A stretch of 64,000 nucleotides of DNA from Cytophagales bacterium (lineage in GTDB: Bacteria; Bacteroidota; Bacteroidia; Cytophagales; Spirosomataceae): contig JBBRDE010000001.1 in assembly GCA_038204185.1 (NCBI GenBank), positions 7,354 through 71,353 of the forward strand. Direction: 5' to 3'. Made by a program: the position numbers and the translations under genes. The notes under the pieces were generated by a model. The model saw only the letters and a list, made by a program, of their open reading frames with translations, searched no databases and was not told the DNA's origin. Positions 49,157 through 57,572 of this stretch are shown here, piece after piece. Numbering within the stretch: the stretch's first letter is position 1; each line of letters begins with the position of its first letter.

Positions 49157-51565
49157 GTGCTTTACCCCCAAAATCTCGAACAAAAATTAGGCTTTGACCG
49201 GCTGCGCGAGCAGTTAAAGGAGGCATGCATTAGCTCATTAGGCAGAGCTTTTGTGGACAAAATACGCTTTTCCGATAATTTTGGTTTGGTGGACAAATTG
49301 GTCCGTCAGACCGCCGAAATGCAACATATCATGCAATCCGGTGGGGAGTTTCCGGCTCAAAATTACCTTGACGCTACTCCCTACCTCCAGCGGGCCGCCA
49401 TCGAAGGTACCATGCTGTTGCAGGATGAGTTCTTCGATTTAAAAGTATCGCTTAGCACTATACGCGGTTGCATACGCTTTTTTGAAAATCAGTCACCGGA
49501 GAGTTACCCATTACTGGGAGAGTACGCTAAAACCATCCGGGTGGAACGTACCGTGACCGACGCCATCGATCGTATTATCGACGAGCGGGGGCAGGTTCGC
49601 GATAATGCCTCGCCCGAGTTAGTGCAAATTCGCCGACGACTTATTGCCGAGCAGGTCAATGTACGCAAGCGGCTGGATAGTATGCTACGCACCGCCAAGG
49701 GTAATGGCTGGATCGGTGACGACGTTTCGCTGACGATTCGCAACGGACGCATGGTAATTCCCATTGCCGCCGAACACAAGCGTAAGTTCAAGGGCTTTGT
49801 CCACGATGAATCGGCCACTGGACAGACGGTCTTCATAGAACCTACTGATGTACTGGAAGCCAACAACGCTATCCGCGAACTGGAATACGAGGAACGCCGT
49901 GAAATCAACCGCATTCTGACCCGCCTCACCGACCAACTCCGACCCCATCTCCCTGAGCTGCATAAAGCGTATCAGTTTCTGGGCCTGATGGATTTTTTAC
50001 GGGCTAAGGCCAAACTGGCTTCCCAGATGAAGGCGATCAACCCAAAGTTCGAGAACCGCACCGTGGTAGACTGGCGTGAAGCCCGGCACCCGCTGCTGTA
50101 CCTTACTTTCCAAAAGCAGGGTAAGAGTGTAGTTCCCCTGGGGCTGGAATTGAACACCTCACGAAGAATTCTCATCATTTCAGGCCCCAACGCGGGAGGT
50201 AAATCGGTGTCGCTAAAAACCGTCGGGCTCATTCAGTATATGTACCAATGCGGGCTGCTGGTACCGATGCGGGAAGATTCGACAATGGGTTTTTTCCAAA
50301 ATATTTTTATTGACATCGGCGATGAGCAATCACTGGAAAACGATTTGAGTACCTATAGTTCGCATCTGACCAATATGCGCAACTTTCTGGCGATGGCCAA
50401 CAAGCGGACGCTTTTCCTGATCGACGAGTTCGGCACGGGTACCGAACCCGGCCTGGGCGGCGCCATCGCAGAAGCTATTCTGGAAAATCTTACCCGCTCG
50501 GGTGCGTACGGGGTCATCAACACGCACTACACCAATCTTAAGGTACTAGCCGACAAAACGGAAGGGCTTATCAACGGTGCCATGCGCTTCGACGGTGAGC
50601 ATTTGGAACCTTTGTACCAACTGGAAATCGGCAAGCCGGGGAGTTCTTTCGCCTTTGAAATCGCTTCTAAAATTGGACTACCCCGAGAGGTGGTGGAGCA
50701 GGCCAAGCAGAAGCTAGGTACCCAGCAGGTCAATTTTGAAAAACTCCTGAAAGAACTGGATATCGAGCGGCGGGTGTTTTCCGAAAAAAATATGGAACTG
50801 GGCATCAAAGAACGGAAGCTCGCCCAGCAACTCGCTGAGTACACCGCCTTGAAAACGTCGCTGGACAACAATGAAAAGCGAATCCTGAACGAGGCCAAGC
50901 AAAAGGCCAAGCTCCTGCTCAGTGATACCAATCAGCGCATCGAAAACACCATTCGGGAAATCAAGGAAAGTCAGGCTGAACGAGAAACAACCAAAAAGGC
51001 CCGAATTGAACTGGAACGGTTTACCCAAAAAAACCTCAAACCCGAACCCGTGGCCGAGCTACCCTCGGAAAAAGTGGACTATGAGCCCGAAAGCGGGGCC
51101 ATCGAGGTAGGTAGCTTTGTCCGCATCAAAGGACAAAGCGCCCTGGCCGAGGTACTGGCTCTGAAAGGAAAAGACGCCGAGGTACGGATCGGCGAACTCA
51201 AATCCAACATCAAGCTGAATCGGCTGGAAAAAGTATCCAATAAGACCTACCGTGAACTCACCGGTGAAAAGAAACTAAAATCCGTCACGGGCGGCGTAGA
51301 TTTGAACGAGCGACACCTGAATTTCAGCTTCAATCTCGACATCAGGGGTAAGCGTGGTGAAGAAGCGCTGGGCGTCGTGGATCAGTTCATGGATAATGCT
51401 GTGATGTTGGGATACGATGAACTGCGCATTATTCACGGGAAAGGTGACGGAATTCTGCGTACCCTAGTTCGGAATCACCTGCGCGGCTATAAGCAAGTCA
51501 CAGCCATGCAAGATGAAAACGCCGACCGCGGCGGTGCTGGTGTAACGTTGGTGAAGATGCGCTAA
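49157..51565 (+). CDS. mutS2: endonuclease MutS2 (MutS domain V ATPase + Smr)
   Basis: 802 aa with a GTG start. It has Walker A GPNAGGKS, a long coiled-coil and a C-terminal Smr domain (LDIRGKRGEEAL…IIHGKGDGILR). Confidence 0.9.
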   Translation: MLYPQNLEQKLGFDRLREQLKEACISSLGRAFVDKIRFSDNFGLVDKLVRQTAEMQHIMQSGGEFPAQNYLDATPYLQRAAIEGTMLLQDEFFDLKVSLSTIRGCIRFFENQSPESYPLLGEYAKTIRVERTVTDAIDRIIDERGQVRDNASPELVQIRRRLIAEQVNVRKRLDSMLRTAKGNGWIGDDVSLTIRNGRMVIPIAAEHKRKFKGFVHDESATGQTVFIEPTDVLEANNAIRELEYEERREINRILTRLTDQLRPHLPELHKAYQFLGLMDFLRAKAKLASQMKAINPKFENRTVVDWREARHPLLYLTFQKQGKSVVPLGLELNTSRRILIISGPNAGGKSVSLKTVGLIQYMYQCGLLVPMREDSTMGFFQNIFIDIGDEQSLENDLSTYSSHLTNMRNFLAMANKRTLFLIDEFGTGTEPGLGGAIAEAILENLTRSGAYGVINTHYTNLKVLADKTEGLINGAMRFDGEHLEPLYQLEIGKPGSSFAFEIASKIGLPREVVEQAKQKLGTQQVNFEKLLKELDIERRVFSEKNMELGIKERKLAQQLAEYTALKTSLDNNEKRILNEAKQKAKLLLSDTNQRIENTIREIKESQAERETTKKARIELERFTQKNLKPEPVAELPSEKVDYEPESGAIEVGSFVRIKGQSALAEVLALKGKDAEVRIGELKSNIKLNRLEKVSNKTYRELTGEKKLKSVTGGVDLNERHLNFSFNLDIRGKRGEEALGVVDQFMDNAVMLGYDELRIIHGKGDGILRTLVRNHLRGYKQVTAMQDENADRGGAGVTLVKMR

Positions 51566-51621
51566 AGCAAAACTTCCCGAAAGTTTTAAAACTTTCGGGA
51601 AGTTGATTCGCCTACTGCCGA

Positions 51622-52881
51622 CTACAATTGCGGCTGCTGTAGTACTTCCGACTCAGGCAGACCATGCAAGCCTGCGGCTTTGCGACTGCGCATCCAGAAG
51701 AAAAGTATCGTAAAGGCCACGATCAGGATAATGGGAAACGTGGTCATATTCATCAGAGTGGCCTGTCCAGCCAGTAATTCTAACTCATCTCCAGTCTTTC
51801 CAGCGGCAGCGAACGTGGCGCGGTGGTCATCGATCCAGCTACCGATGATGGGGGACCAGATCGAGGTCGAGAACATACCTACCCCACCGACCAACGACAT
51901 GCCCAATGCACCACTAAGGGGTACCTTCTCTGCTACGAACCCAAGCATGGTCGGCCAGAAATAACATACCCCTATGGCGAAGAAAACAGCGGCTACATAA
52001 GCCATGGCGCCTGTCTGGGTGGCGAGTAGGTAAATGCCAATGGTAGCAAAAATCGCTGAACCCAGCAGTACGCCCGTCTGACCAAAACTGCCAATAACCG
52101 GACCACCAAAGTAACGCCCTACCGCCATCAATCCCGTTACCAATGCCAGAATCAACAGAGGTTCGGCGCCACTCTTGCTCAGAATAAGGGTAGTCCACTG
52201 CTGCGGCCCAAACTCTGAAATCGCTGTAAGTGTCATGCACAGAAAGATGAAAATAAAGATTGGGTTGAGCATAGCTCTGAAATTTTCGGAAAGTGACATG
52301 GCACCTTCCACCTGAGGTTTCGGGAAGGCCTGTCCCCAGAATAGGAACGCGTAGATCAGCGTCGGAATCATGATGACCCAGATTTGGGCCTGCCAGCTCA
52401 TGCCCATGTTGGTCATGGCAAAAGAGATCAGACTACCGACCACGATTCCACCAGGGAACCACATGTGGAAGCGGTTGAGCATCTTGTTCATTTTTAAGCC
52501 CGAGTACGAGTCGGCTATCATCGGGTTACAGGCCGCTTCGGTACAGCCGTTTCCGATCCCGATAAAAAGCGTAGAAAGAAGCAACCCATTGTAACCGCCC
52601 GAATAAATCGTGAGAATAATCCCGAGTGTGTGCATCACAAAGGCCACCATCATGATGATGCGTGGCCCTACGGAATGATAGACCAGTCCACCCACAATCA
52701 TAGAAATAGGGAATCCCAAAAACCACATGGAATTAATAAAGCCCAGCTGCTCGGCACTCAGGCCAAACTCGGTAGCTAGCTGAGGCAGAATACCCGCCCG
52801 AATGGCGAAAGAGAAAGCCGTGGTGATGAGCGCAAAGCAACTGCCCAGAAACAGGCGATCGGCATTGACATTTTGATTCAT
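51622..52881 (-). CDS. MFS sugar transporter (FucP/glucose-galactose type)
   Basis: 419 aa with 12 predicted TM helices. It is divergent from the oxidoreductase cluster. Confidence 0.8.
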   Translation of the reverse strand: MNQNVNADRLFLGSCFALITTAFSFAIRAGILPQLATEFGLSAEQLGFINSMWFLGFPISMIVGGLVYHSVGPRIIMMVAFVMHTLGIILTIYSGGYNGLLLSTLFIGIGNGCTEAACNPMIADSYSGLKMNKMLNRFHMWFPGGIVVGSLISFAMTNMGMSWQAQIWVIMIPTLIYAFLFWGQAFPKPQVEGAMSLSENFRAMLNPIFIFIFLCMTLTAISEFGPQQWTTLILSKSGAEPLLILALVTGLMAVGRYFGGPVIGSFGQTGVLLGSAIFATIGIYLLATQTGAMAYVAAVFFAIGVCYFWPTMLGFVAEKVPLSGALGMSLVGGVGMFSTSIWSPIIGSWIDDHRATFAAAGKTGDELELLAGQATLMNMTTFPIILIVAFTILFFWMRSRKAAGLHGLPESEVLQQPQL

Positions 52882-53102
52882 AAGTAGAATTAGGTTTAGT
52901 GAGAAAGGATTAGTTGGTTTGAAAAATGTTAGGGGGTATCGTATGATAATTGGGTAAAAAAGGGAACAGGGAGCATTTCTACTGATAAACGAGGGGGTAT
53001 TCTGCGTTTTTTTTGAAGTTGCTACCTTTGTAAGTAGTAAGAGTGCGGTCTGTTACTCTTTTTTTAGTAATAATAATTTTATAAACTTTTAACCAACCAG
53101 TA

Positions 53103-54257
53103 ATGCCAAGAAAAATTCGCATGGGAATGGTGGGCGGCAGCACCGAAGCTTTTATCGGGGGCGTACACCGCCGGGCGGCAATCATGGATGGTGAAATCGA
53201 GCTCGTTTGCGGCGCTTTCAGTTCCAGTCCCGAGAAATCCAAAGCTACGGGAGCAGCCTTGTATCTACCCCCCGACCGGGTGTACGCCAACTACGAGGAG
53301 ATGATCCAAAAGGAAAAGGAGCTACCTGAGGGCGAACGGATGGACTTCGTGTCCATCGTGACGCCCAACCACGTGCACTTCCCCCCTGCCAAGCTCGCAC
53401 TCGAAAATGGATTCCATGTCGTCTGCGACAAGCCCCTCACCCATACTACCGAAGACTCAGAAGCCCTGGTCAAAATCGTAGAAGATAGCGGACTGATTTT
53501 CTGCCTGACTCACAACTATACGGGCTATCCGATGGTGAAAGAGGCTCGGGAACTAATTAAAGCAGGTGTTTTGGGTGAAATTCGTAAGGTCGTCGTGGAG
53601 TATCCACAAGGCTGGCTATCTACGCTGGTGGAAGCTACGGGTAACAAGCAAGCCTCTTGGCGCACCGATCCCGAACGCTCCGGCGCGGCGGGGGGCTTAG
53701 GGGATATAGGTACCCACGCTGAGAATCTGGCCGAATACATCACGGGCTTAAAAATAACCGAGGTATGCGCCGACTTGACGATTTTTGTAGAAGGACGCTT
53801 GCTCGACGACGACGCCAATGTATTGCTTCGCTTTGATAACGGGGCAAAGGGTATCCTGCAAAATAGCCAGATTTGCAACGGCGAAGAAAACGACCTGAAT
53901 ATCCGCATCTACGGTGAGCTCGGCGGCCTGGAATGGAACCAGATGGAACCCAATACCCTAATTCATAAGGTACAGGGTAGCCCAGCGCGTCTCCTCCGTA
54001 CGGGGGTAGGTGACCTATCCGAGGCGGCACAAGTACACACCCGTATTCCGGCGGGCCATCCTGAAGGGTACTTTGAAGCTTTTGCCAACCTCTACCGCAA
54101 CTTCGCCCTAGCCGTCCGGGCGCGTTGGGAAGGAAAAGAGCAAGATCCTTTATACGATTTCCCCGACGTGTACGACGGTTTGCGCGGCATGAAATTCATC
54201 GACACCGTCATCGCCTCGGACAAAACCAATACGAAGTGGACGAAGTTTATTGAGTGA
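53103..54257 (+). CDS. Gfo/Idh/MocA-family NAD(P)-dependent oxidoreductase
   Basis: 384 aa with an N-terminal Rossmann IRMGMVGGS…, the motif VVCDKPL and a C-terminal GFO_IDH_MocA_C fold. Confidence 0.9.
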   Translation: MPRKIRMGMVGGSTEAFIGGVHRRAAIMDGEIELVCGAFSSSPEKSKATGAALYLPPDRVYANYEEMIQKEKELPEGERMDFVSIVTPNHVHFPPAKLALENGFHVVCDKPLTHTTEDSEALVKIVEDSGLIFCLTHNYTGYPMVKEARELIKAGVLGEIRKVVVEYPQGWLSTLVEATGNKQASWRTDPERSGAAGGLGDIGTHAENLAEYITGLKITEVCADLTIFVEGRLLDDDANVLLRFDNGAKGILQNSQICNGEENDLNIRIYGELGGLEWNQMEPNTLIHKVQGSPARLLRTGVGDLSEAAQVHTRIPAGHPEGYFEAFANLYRNFALAVRARWEGKEQDPLYDFPDVYDGLRGMKFIDTVIASDKTNTKWTKFIE

Positions 54258-54271
54258 AAGAAGTGAGTGGC

Positions 54272-54381
54272 GAATGAGTGAATCTAAATTGCATTTACAT
54301 GGTAAGATGCGCTCATCGATCACCCCCTCGATCCACAAATTATGATATTCCAGCATTTAAAATTCTCTAATTCACTCATTC
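54272..54381. repeat. TCATTC-type inverted repeat with 86-nt interior between the two oxidoreductase genes
   Basis: gaatgagtgaat (54272-54283) is the reverse complement of attcactcattc (54370-54381). Confidence 0.75.
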
Positions 54382-54417
54382 TCTCATCGCACCGGTGACC
54401 CGGTCAAAATTAATCTT
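54371..54417 (+). promoter_or_regulatory. conserved leader motif, copy 2 (upstream of Gfo/Idh/MocA gene)
   Basis: The sequence is ttcactcattctctcatcgcACCGGtgacCCGGTcaaaattaatctt followed by ATG. The 5-bp stem is preserved by a G:C to C:G swap relative to copy 1. Confidence 0.4.
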
Positions 54418-55563
54418 ATGTCAAAAATCAAAGTAGGAGTCGTAGGAACCGGATTCATTGGACCTGCTCACATCGAGGCGCTGCGCCGCTTGCCTAACAT
54501 TGAAGTAGCTGCCTTGTGCGAGGTAACGGCCGAGCTAGCCGCCAGCAAAGCCAAAGCGCTGGGCATCGAGCGTTCCTATACCTTCGATGAATTATTGAAG
54601 CAGGATGATATTCAGTGCATTCATATTTGTACCCCTAACTTCCTGCACTATTCCCAGTCAAAGGCCGCGCTGGAAGCCGGCAAGCACGTCGTGTGCGAAA
54701 AACCACTGGCCAAAGATCTGGCCGAAGCTGAGGAACTGGTCGAACTAGCCGCAAAATCCGGCCTGGTCAATGCTGTGCATTTCAACCTGCGCTACTACCC
54801 GCTGGCCCGCCAAATGAAAGTAATGCGCGAGAAAGGCGAACTCGGTGATGTGTATTCGGTTATTGGATCGTACCTACAGGACTGGCTTTTCTACGAAACC
54901 GACTACAACTGGCGGCTCGAGCCCGACAAATCCGGCGATTCGCGCGCCATTGCTGATATTGGCTCCCACCTGATGGATATTCTGGAATACATCACGGGCC
55001 TGAAAACGGTGGCTGTCATGGCCGATTTCAATACCATCCATAAAACCCGCAAGAAGCCGCTTAAAGAAGTGGAGACCTACTCCGGCAAAATCCTGAAGCC
55101 TGAAGACTACGCCGACGTACCCATCAACACCGAAGATCACGCCAATGTACTACTGCGTTTTGATAACGGCAATCGGGGGGTCATCACGGTGTCGCAGGTT
55201 TCTGCTGGGCGCAAGAATCGTATGAGTCTGGAAATTTCTGGTTCTAAGAAAACATTCAGCTTTAATTCCGAAAGTCCCAACGAACTCTGGATCGGCAACC
55301 GCGACGGCTATAACGAGTTGCTCATGCGCGATCCATCGCTGGTTCACAAAGAAGCGAGCTCGGTAATCTCATTCCCCGGCGGCCACAATGAGGGCTTCCC
55401 CGATACCTCCAAGCAGATGTTCAAGGAAGTGTACGCCGCCGTAGAAGCCGGTAAGCAACCCGAAAACCCTACCTACCCTACCTTCGCCGACGGCTACCGC
55501 GAGTTGCTGATTTGCGAAAAGATACTCGAAAGCGCGCGGAGCGAGAAGTGGGTGGAGGTTTAA
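54418..55563 (+). CDS. Gfo/Idh/MocA-family NAD(P)-dependent oxidoreductase
   Basis: 381 aa. It has IKVGVVGTGFIGPAH and VVCEKPLA, and no signal peptide. Confidence 0.9.
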   Translation: MSKIKVGVVGTGFIGPAHIEALRRLPNIEVAALCEVTAELAASKAKALGIERSYTFDELLKQDDIQCIHICTPNFLHYSQSKAALEAGKHVVCEKPLAKDLAEAEELVELAAKSGLVNAVHFNLRYYPLARQMKVMREKGELGDVYSVIGSYLQDWLFYETDYNWRLEPDKSGDSRAIADIGSHLMDILEYITGLKTVAVMADFNTIHKTRKKPLKEVETYSGKILKPEDYADVPINTEDHANVLLRFDNGNRGVITVSQVSAGRKNRMSLEISGSKKTFSFNSESPNELWIGNRDGYNELLMRDPSLVHKEASSVISFPGGHNEGFPDTSKQMFKEVYAAVEAGKQPENPTYPTFADGYRELLICEKILESARSEKWVEV

Positions 55564-55571
55564 TTTTTTAA

Positions 55572-55643
55572 TGTCGGAATGTCGAAGGGAGTGAATGTTG
55601 GAATATTGTTTATTTACCTTCCACTCCTGCCGGCATTCCGACA
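55572..55643. repeat. hairpin related to the same repeat family, downstream of the second oxidoreductase
   Basis: tgtcggaatg (55572-55581) pairs with cattccgaca (55634-55643), and the inner ggagtg (55588-55593) pairs with cactcc (55622-55627). It probably also acts as a terminator. Confidence 0.7.
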
Positions 55644-55664
55644 GTATCTTTGAAAATTACAGCT

Positions 55665-56073
55665 ATGGACAAAGATTGGTGGGTGGAGAAAGGCGCTGAA
55701 TACGAGTACCAGACGAGGTCTGATTTTGGTAGAAGCAATGCGGGAAAGAACCAAGAAATAAGGTCTGAGGCCATATTAAGCTCTATAAAGCCTTACCATC
55801 TTCCGAAGAAGCTCGCATCATTGGAAAACAACTTTTAAGCTCTGCTACCTCTACCGGCACAAATTATCGAGCATCTTGCAGGGGGAGTAGTAAAGCAGAA
55901 TGCTTTTCAAAACTCTCCATAACAATCGAAGAAGCAGATGAGTCTTTATTTGGCTAGAAATCTTGGAGGAAGCAGGGATCATCGATGAGAAGAAACTCAT
56001 ATCACTTAAAACAGAGACTTTGGAAATCCTAAAAATTCTTGCAAAAGCACGTAGTTCCCTGCGTCCAACTTGA
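55665..56073 (+). pseudogene. frameshifted four-helix-bundle protein gene (23S rRNA intervening-sequence protein / Avd-like family)
   Basis: A joined translation gives …IKLYKALPSSEEARIIGKQLLSSATSTGTNYRASCRGSSKAECFSKLSITIEEADESLF/WLEILEEAGIIDEKKL…. This requires a frame change near 55775 and a 1-nt loss in the T run at 55949-55951. Confidence 0.65.
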
Positions 56074-56167
56074 TTCCTTGGTATCGCGATAAAGCTTGGT
56101 ATCAGATTAACTACCCCGACAGTTCAAATTTATAATTCCGACATTCACTAATTCCTAATTGACCACT

Positions 56168-57220
56168 ATGAAAACCATAAAAGGCCCCGCTGTATTCTTG
56201 GCTCAGTTTTTGGGCGATGAAGCCCCTTTTAACACATTGGAAGGCATTGCCCAATACATGGCCGATCTGGGCTATAAAGGTATCCAGATCCCGAGCTGGG
56301 ATCCGCGCTGTATCGATTTGAAACAGGCCGCTGAGTCGAAAACCTACTGTGACGAATTCACGGGAAAATTGAAAGACATCGGCGTGGAAGTCACTGAACT
56401 TTCTACGCATTTGCAGGGACAACTCGTAGCCTCCCACCCGGTGTACGACGCCATGTTCGATGGTTTTGCCGTACCCGAAGTACGGAACAATCCCAAAGCG
56501 CGGCAGGAATGGGCGGTCGACCAGCTCACAATGGCCGCTAAAGCCAGCCAAAACCTGGGATTAACTGCTTGCGCCAGTTTCTCGGGCGCACTGGCCTGGC
56601 CCTACATGTACCCCTGGCCCCAGCGTCCGCAAGGTCTGGTAGAGACGGCTTTTGGCGAGTTGGCAAAGCGTTGGAAACCAATCCTGGATACTTTTGACGA
56701 GGCAGGTGTCGATCTTTGTTACGAGCTACATCCCGGCGAAGACCTCTTCGATGGTGCTACCTTCGAGCGTTTTCTGGATGCCGTGGATGGTCACACGCGC
56801 GCCAACATCCTCTATGACCCCAGTCACTTCGTACTACAACAGTTGGATTATCTAACATTTATTGATCTGTATCACGACCGAATCAAAGCGTTCCACGTTA
56901 AGGATGCCGAATTTAACCCTACCGGAAGGCAGGGTGTGTATAGCGGTTTTGCGGGCTGGGCCGACCGCGCGGGCCGTTTCCGTTCGCTGGGCGACGGGCA
57001 GGTCGATTTCTCGGGAATTTTCTCCAAACTTTCGCAGTACGACTACGGAAGCTGGGCCGTGCTGGAGTGGGAATGCTGCATCAAGTCGCCCACACAGGGA
57101 GCGGCCGAAGGCGCACCTTTCATCGAAAGCCATATCATTGAAGTGACCACCAAAGCCTTCGACGACTTTGCAGGGACGGGTGCCGACGAGGACTTCAACC
57201 GGAGAGTGCTGGGAATATAA
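56168..57220 (+). CDS. sugar phosphate isomerase/epimerase (xylose-isomerase-like TIM barrel)
   Basis: About 350 aa from ATG 56168. It shows the AP_endonuc_2 / XI-like TIM-barrel pattern (…CYELHPGEDLFD…, HVKDAE…). Confidence 0.85.
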   Translation: MKTIKGPAVFLAQFLGDEAPFNTLEGIAQYMADLGYKGIQIPSWDPRCIDLKQAAESKTYCDEFTGKLKDIGVEVTELSTHLQGQLVASHPVYDAMFDGFAVPEVRNNPKARQEWAVDQLTMAAKASQNLGLTACASFSGALAWPYMYPWPQRPQGLVETAFGELAKRWKPILDTFDEAGVDLCYELHPGEDLFDGATFERFLDAVDGHTRANILYDPSHFVLQQLDYLTFIDLYHDRIKAFHVKDAEFNPTGRQGVYSGFAGWADRAGRFRSLGDGQVDFSGIFSKLSQYDYGSWAVLEWECCIKSPTQGAAEGAPFIESHIIEVTTKAFDDFAGTGADEDFNRRVLGI

Positions 57221-57306
57221 AATTTGGGGCTCACCTCCCTTTAGGTACTTTTTTTTGGGGCGTACAGTACGTTTCCATTTATCACTGTTACAACGAGTCT
57301 CCATAG

Positions 57307-57339
57307 AAGGCGTTCCATCATATCGGAACGCCTTTTTCG
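57307..57339 (+). terminator. terminator after the TIM-barrel isomerase gene
   Basis: aaggcgttcc (57307-57316) pairs with ggaacgcctt (57325-57334), followed by TTT. Confidence 0.8.
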
Positions 57340-57572
57340 TATCCCCCCACTAGGCGTACTGATGTATGTGATTGACCTGATTACCTTCAAAGGTGTCTAT
57401 TTGACACTATTTCCCAAAAAAACCATAAGAATTCCCCATAACCTAACGTTTTCATCATTAACTTTGAGGTTCCGGTAAGCAAGCAGAGTGTGAAGCTTTC
57501 AATCCACGTCTCTTCAAACAACTTCTATTTCTTATCGTTTTACTACTGAATGCAATCTAACCTCTTTAACCC

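Noticed and set aside
55665-56073. The four-helix-bundle remnant as part of a diversity-generating retroelement (Avd).
   Set aside because: There is no reverse transcriptase and no template/variable repeat pair in the window, and the gene itself is frameshifted.
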